This document shows, one piece after another, positions 7,586 through 16,834 of a stretch of DNA of 24,566 bases. Positions within the stretch are counted from its first letter, which is position 1; every line of letters starts with the position of its first letter. This DNA is from Candidatus Pacearchaeota archaeon (GTDB taxonomy: Archaea; Nanobdellota; Nanobdellia; Pacearchaeales; GW2011-AR1), in NCBI GenBank assembly GCA_014728745.1, contig WJLC01000073.1:1-24566 (forward strand), in the 5' to 3' direction. The position numbers and the translations under genes are program-made. Under the pieces are notes generated by a model, which saw only the letters and a list, made by a program, of their open reading frames with translations, was not told where the DNA came from and did no database searches.

Positions 7586-7683
7586 AATAATTAGATAATT
7601 TTACGAGCCTTTCGGCATAAAATTAAAATAAAAAAGAGAGAAAGCATAAATAAAAAAATAAAAAGAAAAAATAAAAAACTAAA

Positions 7684-8823
7684 TTAGTAATAGCTTTCTC
7701 CGAAGTCTTCGCTTCTTTCTGGTTTTCTTCCAATTAAGACAACTAACACTATTAGCAATACTAAAAATACTATTGCCAAGATAACTGTTAGAACAACAAC
7801 TGGACTTGCAACAGAACTTTGATCTTCAGTTGCACTAAATGTGAAAGAGCTTACAACTTCCCCGTTCATGTTGAATACATTAACAATGTACTCAGCTGAG
7901 TCAGGATTAACTTCGAAAGCTTTGCTTGATCCAGCAGGAACAGTCACAAAGTTTTCTTGTTCTGGTGTAACAACTCTATAAACTTGAAGCTTTTCAGTTG
8001 GATTTACTATAAGTAAATCACTTCCAGCTCTGAAAACGCTTTCTGGGAAATCGTTTTCAATTATAAGTTGTTTAGCCTTGCTTACTTCAAGATCATCATT
8101 CCATACTTCAATCTCCAAAGTGTAGACACCTGGAGCTGCATCGTAAGGAACCTGAAGATTAACTCTTGCACTAGTTGTAGTAGTGTCATCGTCATCATCT
8201 TCATCTTCTAGTGAAACAAGGTCACCAACGTAAATACTTCTTTCAACACCATCAAGAGCTATAAGGTTTCCTCTTACATACATATCATCTAAGTCATTAT
8301 AACCAATGTTCTTAAGTACAACATCTACTGGGATTGTTTCACCAGCATCTATTGAGTTAGGGGTTACAATTGACAAGACGTCTGCATTGTATGAAGGTCT
8401 TTGAACTCTCAAAGAGTACTCAGCTTCAGTTTTATAATCACTGCCTTTCTTAACAGTAACAACTAAAGACACATCATCACTAACTTGATCCTTAAGTTCA
8501 TAAGGAATTTCAACAGTTAGGGATTTGCTATATCTTAAATCTTGTTCTACATCAAAAGACGCAGAGATTTCAGAACTGTCAGCTTTATCGCCTTCAATAA
8601 CTGCTTTAACAGTAACATCAGATGCATCAACTAATGAATTAAATGTTACCTTAACAGTAACACTTTCACCAGCAATAACACTTAAGTCACCATTAGAAGC
8701 AAGTTCATCGTCAACCTTAACTTCCATGTTGTTAGTTAAATTTTCAGCAGCACTAACTGTAGCTACTAAAAACATAACTGTTACAATTGCCAAAATTGGA
8801 ACAAATAGTTTCTTTGTTTCCAT
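7684..8823 (-). CDS. Secreted, C-terminally membrane-anchored cell-surface (S-layer-like) protein
   Basis: Signal peptide METKKLFVPILAIVTVMFLVATVSA, acidic beta-rich Ig/CARDB-like body, C-terminal TM helix and short tail ending GESYY. Start at 8823 preferred over 8847. Confidence 0.75.
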   Translation of the reverse strand: METKKLFVPILAIVTVMFLVATVSAAENLTNNMEVKVDDELASNGDLSVIAGESVTVKVTFNSLVDASDVTVKAVIEGDKADSSEISASFDVEQDLRYSKSLTVEIPYELKDQVSDDVSLVVTVKKGSDYKTEAEYSLRVQRPSYNADVLSIVTPNSIDAGETIPVDVVLKNIGYNDLDDMYVRGNLIALDGVERSIYVGDLVSLEDEDDDDDTTTTSARVNLQVPYDAAPGVYTLEIEVWNDDLEVSKAKQLIIENDFPESVFRAGSDLLIVNPTEKLQVYRVVTPEQENFVTVPAGSSKAFEVNPDSAEYIVNVFNMNGEVVSSFTFSATEDQSSVASPVVVLTVILAIVFLVLLIVLVVLIGRKPERSEDFGESYY

Positions 8824-8900
8824 TTTTGAGGTGTTTTTTGTATACATTTTAATTAATACAGAAAACTTTTGTTTTCCGTGTATTTATACATAAGAAATTC

Positions 8901-8908
8901 TTTATAAA
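8901..8908 (-). promoter_or_regulatory. TATA box of the surface-protein gene
   Basis: TTTATAAA preceded on the minus strand by A-rich BRE-like AAAAGAAAG. Confidence 0.5.
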
Positions 8909-9076
8909 TCTTTCTTTTGTAGTCACTCTGCAGTTAATATAAAATTAACTGTGTGTGACTCATAATTAGTTACATAAACCCTTTTTAAAGAAAAACTATT
9001 CTTAAAATAAGTTAGAGCCTTATTTTGTATATTTAATCAAAGAAAAATCTTTTTTAAAGCTTGTTGTAGTAAAATG

Positions 9077-9859
9077 TTACTTTCTTTTCATAAGTTCAAA
9101 TGTTTTTATGCTTAAGATACTATCTTTAATAGGAAAAGGGCTTTCATTGATTATTGTTATCTGCTTGTTTTTTGGAAGTAGCTTTAATAATTCTTTAATT
9201 CTCTTCTTTTTAGTTTTGATATGTCTTTTTTCTCCTTTTTCTCCGTACTCAATTCCAGAGAAATGACAATGCCATTTCTTTTGTGGAAAAGCCTTTTTGA
9301 GTTCTTGCACTTTGTAATTTCCATATCTTGCTAAAACATGTGCAAAATCAATGCAGAAACTGCATTTAGCCTCTTTGACAAGCTCACTTATTTCAGAAAT
9401 GCTTCCAAAAACATTTTTCTTGCCCATAATCTCAGGGCATAATTTTACCTGCCATTTGTTCTTTTTCACTCTCTCTTTTATATCAAGAATACTCTCTTTA
9501 ATGTTAAGGTATGATTTTTCTTTGCTCATCCCCCCATAATATCCACAGTGAAACACAACTCTCTTTACATTAAGCCAATTAGCCACCTCACAACACCTTA
9601 AAATTCTTTTCTTGCTTTTTTCTTTTTTTATTTTGTCCTTGGAGTTAAGATTTATCCAGTAAGGAGCGTGAATACTTAATTCAACTCCTGATTTGTCTGC
9701 ATAATCTTTTATTTTTGCAGCAGTCTTTTTGTCTTTGATCCATACCTGATATGTAAATGGGATTTCTGCAGCTTTTATTCCCAGCTTTTCGTATTCTTTT
9801 AGCCTTTTAGGAATCTCTTTTACTCCTCCTACTCCTGCTGGTCCGAATTTTATATTCAT
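9077..9859 (-). CDS. nfo: Endonuclease IV-like TIM-barrel AP endonuclease
   Basis: Metal-ligand motifs HAPYWINL, VFHCGYY, PEIMGK, CIDFAH, HCHFSG...EKRH, INESP. Confidence 0.85.
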   Translation of the reverse strand: MNIKFGPAGVGGVKEIPKRLKEYEKLGIKAAEIPFTYQVWIKDKKTAAKIKDYADKSGVELSIHAPYWINLNSKDKIKKEKSKKRILRCCEVANWLNVKRVVFHCGYYGGMSKEKSYLNIKESILDIKERVKKNKWQVKLCPEIMGKKNVFGSISEISELVKEAKCSFCIDFAHVLARYGNYKVQELKKAFPQKKWHCHFSGIEYGEKGEKRHIKTKKKRIKELLKLLPKNKQITIINESPFPIKDSILSIKTFELMKRK

Positions 9860-9947
9860 TTTTATTTTTTTAATTCTTTTTTATTATGTCACTAGAAGTA
9901 TGAACACAGAGTTAATAATTTATTTTATTATTTTATTAATAAGGTGA

Positions 9948-10403
9948 TTAAAATGCAGTCTGAAGTTCTTGTCCTATCTCCCCAAGATTTTCCAAAATGT
10001 AAGTGTGAAGTTTTTGAATTATCATATTCTGAAGTTGCTCTTTTAACTTCCCGTTGCACATTGCAATGTCTGCCTCTGGAAGGGATTTGCTTCCTTTAGG
10101 AATATAACAAGTCATTTCTTTTCCTTCTAATTTTTTCTGGCTAACATCTCCTGTTTTAACCCTCAAAACCTTTACATTAATCTCGCATTTGCCATTTGTA
10201 GTCCCTTTTATTAAATACTCCCAAACAGTGTTTTCAGCATCATTAACAAACCTTGTTCTAGAGCATTCTTTTTGATGAGCTACATAACACGACATATCTT
10301 CGCAAGTGTGATAATAATAAAATGTAAAATACATTGCTATCATGATAATCACAATAAGGCCAATTATAGCTAAAGCTATTTTATCACTCTTTTTTAGTTT
10401 CAT
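9948..10403 (-). CDS. Hypothetical N-terminally membrane-anchored protein with several Cys
   Basis: Basic N-terminus, one TM helix, then a soluble domain with 6 Cys. Confidence 0.7.
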   Translation of the reverse strand: MKLKKSDKIALAIIGLIVIIMIAMYFTFYYYHTCEDMSCYVAHQKECSRTRFVNDAENTVWEYLIKGTTNGKCEINVKVLRVKTGDVSQKKLEGKEMTCYIPKGSKSLPEADIAMCNGKLKEQLQNMIIQKLHTYILENLGEIGQELQTAF

Positions 10404-10440
10404 AGATAATGCAAGGAATACTAATATTTAAAGGTTATTA

Positions 10441-10480
10441 AAAAACAAAAAATAAAGAAAAATAAGGCCTTTTCAGGCCT
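10441..10480 (-). terminator. Hairpin plus U-tract downstream of dnaG
   Basis: Minus strand reads AGGCCT-GAAA-AGGCCT (10480-10465) followed by a long T-rich run. Confidence 0.55.
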
Positions 10481-10503
10481 CTGTTAAAATAAAAATTAAT
10501 CTA

Positions 10504-11703
10504 TTATAGACTAACTAATTCAATATTTGAATCAGTTGCAGCAAAGTTCTTTGCTGCTATAATCTGAGTACCTGCATTCTTTGCAGCTCTTAATACCCCT
10601 TTAGTGACAGTGCCATCCATTACTACAACAGATGGAGTCTTTCTCATTCGTCTTAATGAGTTATTAAGGCTTTTGATGCTAACTTTTTTTATCTCTTCAA
10701 GCTTGTCATCAAGCAAAACAGCTTTTCCACTGTTTTTGTCTGAAATATCTTTAAGCTTTTCCCTATCTTCATCACTTAAGTCAATTTCAATCTTTTCTTT
10801 TGGCTTAGACTCTTTATCAGAATCCTTTTTGTCTGATCTGCTTGATCTTTGAGATTTTCTTGAATTTCTTGAGCCTCTGGATCTTTTCATTCTAGAAAAA
10901 TACTCTTTCACTGAAACTTTTTTTCTAAGTTCCTGAAGAATCTCTTTTCCAGTAAGCTCTTCAACTTCTTTGCCATCTGGAGCTGTTGCAACAGACTTAA
11001 TATTTGCATTGTCTGTGACGTTCTGAACAATTAATTTTCCTCCTCTGTCTCCATCTACAAATAGGATTAAATCTTTAGTTTTTCCTAGTTTTCTTATAGA
11101 GTCAGGAAGTTTTGTTCCGTTCATTCCTATGACATTCTTAACACCATTCTTCAACAGATTAAGAACATCTGCCCTTCCTTCAACAACAATAACTTCTTTT
11201 CCAGAAAGGTCACCAGAAGGAAGTTCTTCTTTGCCATATAATTGCAACTCATCCATTCTTGCCGCATCTTTTATCTCTTTAGAGATTTCTCTTGAGTCAG
11301 TGGTTCCTCTGATTTGTCCCATGAGCTTTTTGGCTCTTTCAAGGATATAATCTCTTTTATTCCCTCTGACATCCTCTATTTTTTCTATTTCTATTTGGGC
11401 ATCACTTGGCCCAACTCTTTCAATAGTTTCAATAGCAGCAGCAATAAGAGTTGTTTCAGACTGGTCTAATGCAGTTGGAACCTCTATTGTTCCTGAGGTT
11501 CTCTTTCCTTTTTTCTCTAACCTTACTTCAATTCTTCCTATTTTTCCTTCTTTTTGAAGTTCTCTCATTTCAAGGTCTGATCCTAAAAGGCCTTCAGTCT
11601 GTCCAAATATAGCTCCGATTACGTCAGGTTTTTCTAAAGCACCTTCAGCTACAAAATTCGCACGTATCATATATTTTATTGATACTGGACTTATTTTTGC
11701 CAT
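10504..11703 (-). CDS. dnaG: Archaeal DnaG (Toprim primase-like)
   Basis: KPDVIGAIFGQTEGLLG, ELQKEGKIGRIEV, Toprim VVEGRADV and FVDGDRGG, APDGKEVEEL; GGAG Shine-Dalgarno-like sequence upstream. Confidence 0.93.
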   Translation of the reverse strand: MAKISPVSIKYMIRANFVAEGALEKPDVIGAIFGQTEGLLGSDLEMRELQKEGKIGRIEVRLEKKGKRTSGTIEVPTALDQSETTLIAAAIETIERVGPSDAQIEIEKIEDVRGNKRDYILERAKKLMGQIRGTTDSREISKEIKDAARMDELQLYGKEELPSGDLSGKEVIVVEGRADVLNLLKNGVKNVIGMNGTKLPDSIRKLGKTKDLILFVDGDRGGKLIVQNVTDNANIKSVATAPDGKEVEELTGKEILQELRKKVSVKEYFSRMKRSRGSRNSRKSQRSSRSDKKDSDKESKPKEKIEIDLSDEDREKLKDISDKNSGKAVLLDDKLEEIKKVSIKSLNNSLRRMRKTPSVVVMDGTVTKGVLRAAKNAGTQIIAAKNFAATDSNIELVSL

Positions 11704-12012
11704 TTTTTTGAATTTCTCTCCTTTGTTTTATTTATTTAATTTAGTTTGAAATCATCTATCTTTTTCAAATTTAAATGACTTCACTTAGAAAAATATCCCT
11801 TTTATTCAGCTAATTAAGACTTAATTGGCTTTATTAGCTAATGATTATCAAATTCACTTACAAGCCAAAAAGGCTAAAATGAGTGTGATTTGTGATATGT
11901 TGAGTGATATCTTTATGCGATATCTAATATCTTTTAATCTGTGATATTTTTCTAATACTTAGTAAAAATACACGGAGTATATAAAGTTTTGTAATTATAA
12001 TTAGCTCTTTAT

Positions 12013-12672
12013 TTATTCTTTTGAATGCTGTGAACTAGCTAAAAATTGTTTAAATCTAGATATTAATTCACTATCATCATTAAGATGAAACACTCCAAGA
12101 GTGTTAAAATGCTCTTCTTCATTTAAATGAATGCTTTCAATACTTTTACCTTCTTTAATCTCTTGTTTTCCGTATTTGTTGTTAAAATCAATATAATCTG
12201 TAAAAATTTCCACAAATCCTGGACCTTTTGCAACATGATTTTCTGCAGGCATTCTAAAAATAAAATAATCTTCTGCATTTCTTATACTTGCATAAAAATC
12301 CTCTCTTTTAATATCTTCATAACTGAAAATAGGCTCTCCTTGAGTCTTTAGATAATTGTATATTTCTTCTTCTTTTTCAGCAAGATTTTCAGCTTTTTTT
12401 ATTAATTGACTCTCGTTTGAGGCAGGTCTACCTGAATCTTTAGACATTCTCTTTTTGTTATTCCTGTGTTGTTCCCTTGCTTTTAAGGCATCATTGTATT
12501 CCTTAGAAAAAAAGTACCTTTTCAATAAATCATGATGTTTTTGCTCAGGCATTGAATCTTCATATTCTTCTATTTCATCTGCCTCAGGAAAAGATGTTTC
12601 ATATCCCTCACTATTCCTATCTCTTATTGAGTGATATTCTTCAATATGGTCTGTACTATTTTTTATTGTCAT
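12013..12672 (-). CDS. Hypothetical protein (219 aa, charged)
   Basis: Long ATG ORF filling the tuf-dnaG gap; no motif recognised. Confidence 0.7.
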   Translation of the reverse strand: MTIKNSTDHIEEYHSIRDRNSEGYETSFPEADEIEEYEDSMPEQKHHDLLKRYFFSKEYNDALKAREQHRNNKKRMSKDSGRPASNESQLIKKAENLAEKEEEIYNYLKTQGEPIFSYEDIKREDFYASIRNAEDYFIFRMPAENHVAKGPGFVEIFTDYIDFNNKYGKQEIKEGKSIESIHLNEEEHFNTLGVFHLNDDSELISRFKQFLASSQHSKE

Positions 12673-12763
12673 TTTTTGTTAAATCAAATAGAAAACTCTC
12701 AAAAGAGAGTTTTAAGTTTGTGTTTTTATATTTTAAAATTTAGGTGTTTTTAGAAAATCAGCA

Positions 12764-14047
12764 CTATTTCTTCTTAGTTATCTCCGTGCACATTCCAGCA
12801 GCAACTGTTGCTCCAGCATCTCTTACTGCGAACTTGCTCATGAAAGCATTACTTTTTTGAGTCTCTAAAGCTAGGTTTCCTATTGGTTTTATCTTAACCT
12901 TAGCTGTGTCTCCATTTTTCAAAAATTCTGGATTCTCTTGAATAACTTCCCCTGTTTTAGGGTCAATTTTTTCTATTAATTCTATGAATTGGCATGGTAC
13001 TTGAGCTGTGTGCACATGGAACACAGGTGTGTAACCTTTAGCCAATACTGTAGGATGATTAATAACTGTAATTGTAGCAACGAATTCTTCAACAATTGGA
13101 ACAGGATCACTAGCATCACAAATAACATCTCCTCTTGCAATGTCTTTCTTTCCTACTCCTCTTATATTGATTCCTACATTGTCTCCAGCTTCTGCCTCAG
13201 GAAGATTTTCATGGTGAGCCTCTATAGTCTTAACTTCACCCTCAATTCCTTCTCCAGTTCTACCTGGAAGAACCTTTACTTTCATTCCTTGCTTCATAAC
13301 ACCAGTCTCAATTTTACCTACTGGGACTGTCCCAATACCTGTAATTTCGTAAACATCTTGAACAGGCATTCTCATTGCCAAGTCACTTGCTTGTTCAGGA
13401 GCAGGGAACTTGTCAAATTGATCCATTATTGTTGGTCCATTGTACCAAGACATTTTATCTGATTTTTTAGTAACATTATCTCCTTTTAATCCTGAGCAGG
13501 CAATAAATGGTGTGTTATCAGGGTTGATTCCAACACCTTTCAATAATTTGCTCACATCTTCTTTAACCTTGTTGAATTTTTCTTCAGAATAATCAAGTGT
13601 ATCCATCTTGTTTATAGCTACTGCAATGTTCTTTACACCCATTGTTCTCAATAGCCACAAGTGCTCTGTAGTCTGCGGCTGAACTCCTGAAGGACCAGCA
13701 ATAACTAAGAAAGCTGAATCAGCCTGGCTTGCACCAGTAATCATGTTTTTAACAAAGTCCCTGTGTCCAGGCGCATCAATGATTGTGATTTGATATTTTT
13801 GAGTCATAATTTTCTTGTAAGCTAAATCAATAGTAACTCCTCTTTCTCTTTCCTCTTTAATCTTGTCCATAATGTATGCAAATTCAAAACCAGATTTACC
13901 GTGCTTTTCAGCCTCATCCTTAAGCTTTTTCATTTGCTGTTCAGGAATAGCTCCTGATTGGAACATTAGCTGTCCAACTATTGTTGATTTTCCAGCATCA
14001 ACATGCCCAACAAATACAACGTTCATGTTTGGTTTTTCTTTTGCCAT
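12764..14047 (-). CDS. tuf: Translation elongation factor EF-1 alpha
   Basis: GHVDAGKST, ERERGVTID, DAPGHRDFVKNMITGASQAD, NKMD, RMPVQDVYEITGIGTVPVG. Confidence 0.97.
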   Translation of the reverse strand: MAKEKPNMNVVFVGHVDAGKSTIVGQLMFQSGAIPEQQMKKLKDEAEKHGKSGFEFAYIMDKIKEERERGVTIDLAYKKIMTQKYQITIIDAPGHRDFVKNMITGASQADSAFLVIAGPSGVQPQTTEHLWLLRTMGVKNIAVAINKMDTLDYSEEKFNKVKEDVSKLLKGVGINPDNTPFIACSGLKGDNVTKKSDKMSWYNGPTIMDQFDKFPAPEQASDLAMRMPVQDVYEITGIGTVPVGKIETGVMKQGMKVKVLPGRTGEGIEGEVKTIEAHHENLPEAEAGDNVGINIRGVGKKDIARGDVICDASDPVPIVEEFVATITVINHPTVLAKGYTPVFHVHTAQVPCQFIELIEKIDPKTGEVIQENPEFLKNGDTAKVKIKPIGNLALETQKSNAFMSKFAVRDAGATVAAGMCTEITKKK

Positions 14048-14099
14048 TTTAAATGATTGTTATTAATCTTTTTAAGTAATCTTATTACATAAAAATGCC

Positions 14100-14107
14100 T
14101 TTATAAA
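14100..14107 (-). promoter_or_regulatory. TATA box of tuf
   Basis: GGAAAAG-TTTATAAA on the minus strand, about 55-60 nt upstream of the ATG. Confidence 0.5.
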
Positions 14108-14294
14108 CTTTTCCATACAATTTTAGATATAATTTTTTTATCGTCGACAAATTTTCTTTTTTCATTTTTAACAAAGCCTACCAGCGCATTTTCAAAACTC
14201 TTTTCAAGCAATTCTCAGGAAATCTCTAAGCAATACCCAAACAATTTCAAAATAATTTCAAAACATATTTATACTTTATTTTTTTAGCACTCAT

Positions 14295-15116
14295 ATGCAA
14301 TCAATACTAATTCAACAGCTTATTCTCGGAGTAATTCAGGGAATAACTGAGTGGCTTCCAATAAGTTCAAGCGCAATGACAACACTTATCATGACTAATT
14401 TTTTTAATATCACAGATATAAGTATTCTTATTCACCAGGCATTGTTTCTCCATTTAGGAACTTTTTTTGCAGCTCTTATTTATTTTAGAAAAGATGTTAG
14501 GCATCTTTTGAAAAGCCTCTTTCACTCTCATAAGAAATCAAAAAAACCAAGACCAAGCCCAGAGACAAAAAAGCCTCTCAGGTTTCTAATAATTACAACA
14601 ATCATATCAGGGATTCTTGGATTAGTAATTATGAAATTTATTTCAAGCATTGATTTGGAATTAACAGGAAAAACAATAACTTTTGTAATAGGTCTCTTGT
14701 TGTTTGTGACAGGTGGCTTGCAGTTGTCAGTAAGAAAAAAAGGCCTAAGAAGATTAATTAATATTGAAAACTCTGATTCAATTTTTTTAGGTTTTACGCA
14801 AGGTCTTGCAGCGTTGCCAGGAATCTCAAGATCAGGAATAACAGTTTCAACCTTATTATTAAGAAAATTCAATGATACAACAGCACTAAGATTAAGCTTT
14901 TTAATGTCCCTTCCAATAGTTCTCCTTGGGAATATATTCTTAAATTTGCCAGACATAGCAACAACCTTCACATACACATCATTAATTGGCTTGCTTGCAT
15001 CTTTTGCATTTGGCTTAGCAACAATCCACGCACTAATGAAACTTTCAAAGAAAATTAACTTTGGATGGTTTGTTTTAATATTTGCAATGTTAATGATGCT
15101 TAGTGTTTTGATTTAA
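14295..15116 (+). CDS. uppP: Undecaprenyl-diphosphate phosphatase (BacA/UppP family)
   Basis: QGITEWLPISSS and QGLAALPGISRSG motifs, multiple TM helices. Confidence 0.9.
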   Translation: MQSILIQQLILGVIQGITEWLPISSSAMTTLIMTNFFNITDISILIHQALFLHLGTFFAALIYFRKDVRHLLKSLFHSHKKSKKPRPSPETKKPLRFLIITTIISGILGLVIMKFISSIDLELTGKTITFVIGLLLFVTGGLQLSVRKKGLRRLINIENSDSIFLGFTQGLAALPGISRSGITVSTLLLRKFNDTTALRLSFLMSLPIVLLGNIFLNLPDIATTFTYTSLIGLLASFAFGLATIHALMKLSKKINFGWFVLIFAMLMMLSVLI

Positions 15117-15192
15117 TCTGGTTAATTTTTTAACTTTTTAACTTTTTAACTTTTATAGATATTTTTTTAAATCTCTTGAGGTTATTTAATTT

Positions 15193-16122
15193 ATGAGAAG
15201 AAAATATGCTCAGCTTAGAGATTTAAAAGAGAGTAAAAAACAGGTAAGAAATCTTTATGATTCTGCAGTTGATTATTTTTCAAAAGAATTTGAAATACCA
15301 AAAAAATCTTTTCCAAAACTAAAATTTGTTTCTGGAGAGAAAATGTCTTATAATCAGGCAGATAATAAGGTCTTGATTGGCGATAAAGAATTTATTTCTG
15401 ATATAGGGGATTCAGTAGGAGAAGAGCTAGGTCACTTTGTTAGGGCAAAGATAAAAGGAAGAGTAGGCAAAAAACTTAGTCAAAAAGAAACTGCTGGAGA
15501 TGAATTTTATGGGTTTTTAGGAAGCAGAATATTATACAGGACGAGTAATGAAGATCAGAAAAAGAATTTTTTCACAGAAGGAGAGAGAACATTTGAATCA
15601 ACATATGAAGGAAAAAGCTTTCCAGAGATAAGGCAGGAGATTTTAGGAAAAGCTAGATCTAAATTTATTGATTTAGGAAAAAGATATAGAGATGCTGAAA
15701 AAAATAGAGACCAAAAAGAGATGCAACGGATTTACCAAGAGGCAAAAAAACAAGGATATGAGAAATATACTGAAACTCTTGCACATGCAAGACCCTACCA
15801 CTTTGCTTCTGAAGCAGATCTGGATAAAATTAAAAATCTTAGAGAGTTATATTCTTTATCAGATAAAGAAGTGAAAGAGAAATTTTTTAAGAAAAGTAAA
15901 AATCGTCAGCCCAGCAAGGGATTGGAAAAAAAGTTAGGGATATTATCAATAAGCAGCCTTATAGCCTTCTTATTTTTTTCAAGTCCAAATATCACTTCAA
16001 ATGTTGTTGGGGGAAATGCAAACAAATTATCCAATTTTTCAATAATCTTTCTTTTAGGTGCAATTCTTTTTGGGGTTTTAGCAATATCTAAACTGCAAAA
16101 GATTAGGAAATATTTTAGATAA
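15193..16122 (+). CDS. Hypothetical protein with a zincin-like EELGH motif and two C-terminal TM helices
   Basis: 309-aa ORF; EELGH followed about 23 aa later by E (GDEFYG); C-terminal TM-SPNITSNVVG-TM. Confidence 0.7.
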   Translation: MRRKYAQLRDLKESKKQVRNLYDSAVDYFSKEFEIPKKSFPKLKFVSGEKMSYNQADNKVLIGDKEFISDIGDSVGEELGHFVRAKIKGRVGKKLSQKETAGDEFYGFLGSRILYRTSNEDQKKNFFTEGERTFESTYEGKSFPEIRQEILGKARSKFIDLGKRYRDAEKNRDQKEMQRIYQEAKKQGYEKYTETLAHARPYHFASEADLDKIKNLRELYSLSDKEVKEKFFKKSKNRQPSKGLEKKLGILSISSLIAFLFFSSPNITSNVVGGNANKLSNFSIIFLLGAILFGVLAISKLQKIRKYFR

Positions 16123-16189
16123 TATTGTTACTACCATTAAGATACAACAAATAGAAAGGTTTATATAGTTTTTTTGACTATAATATAGT

Positions 16190-16810
16190 ATGATAAGCCC
16201 ACAAGCAGCTGAAGAAAGAGAAAGATTCAGAAAAGAGTTTAAGAATTGGCTAGTTGGTCAATTTGGAGAAAAAAGAAATTTTCTTGTAGATGCAAAAGAT
16301 AAGAGAGTGTATGATCCTAAAAAAGATTCACACAAAGGTTTATTTTGCGGAAGATGGAATCAACCTAGTTATGAGATTATTGATTTGAATTCTGGAGATA
16401 GAATGGCAACATTAAAATTAAATGGTTCAGCAGTGATAAATTCAGAATCCCCTGAATTTGATGAGAATTACAATTTATTCAAAGATAAATGGGGAGACAA
16501 GTGTTTGTTTATAGACCATAATTTAGACACCTTAATAGAAATGCCTGGAGTAAATAACCCTCATGTTTATTTTGGCTCTAGAAAAGTTCAGCAAGATACC
16601 TCTAGCATGAGCATTTCTCTTCCAAATACAATAAACTTAGACATGAATCGTATGGGTTATGTTCCCTCAATTAGACCATATCATGGCAATAATGATTTTA
16701 TTTTAAATGCAGAAATTGATTATACTAAATCTACATCTAAAGAAATAAAGGCAAAATTACCTGTTAATATTAAAGATTTTGAAGATTGTTATCTAAAAAG
16801 AGATAATTAA
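16190..16810 (+). CDS. Hypothetical protein (206 aa)
   Basis: ATG ORF preceded by TTTATATA about 30 nt upstream; no motif recognised. Confidence 0.7.
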   Translation: MISPQAAEERERFRKEFKNWLVGQFGEKRNFLVDAKDKRVYDPKKDSHKGLFCGRWNQPSYEIIDLNSGDRMATLKLNGSAVINSESPEFDENYNLFKDKWGDKCLFIDHNLDTLIEMPGVNNPHVYFGSRKVQQDTSSMSISLPNTINLDMNRMGYVPSIRPYHGNNDFILNAEIDYTKSTSKEIKAKLPVNIKDFEDCYLKRDN

Positions 16811-16834
16811 ATTATAATAATTCAAAAATAGATT

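Noticed and set aside
11704-12012. Replication origin call
   Set aside because: No ORB-like consensus with a G-string and no cdc6/orc1 nearby; kept only as an unexplained regulatory region.
15127-15150. TTTTTAAC x3 tandem repeat
   Set aside because: Short low-complexity T-rich tract after uppP, consistent with an ordinary terminator; no spacers, so not CRISPR.
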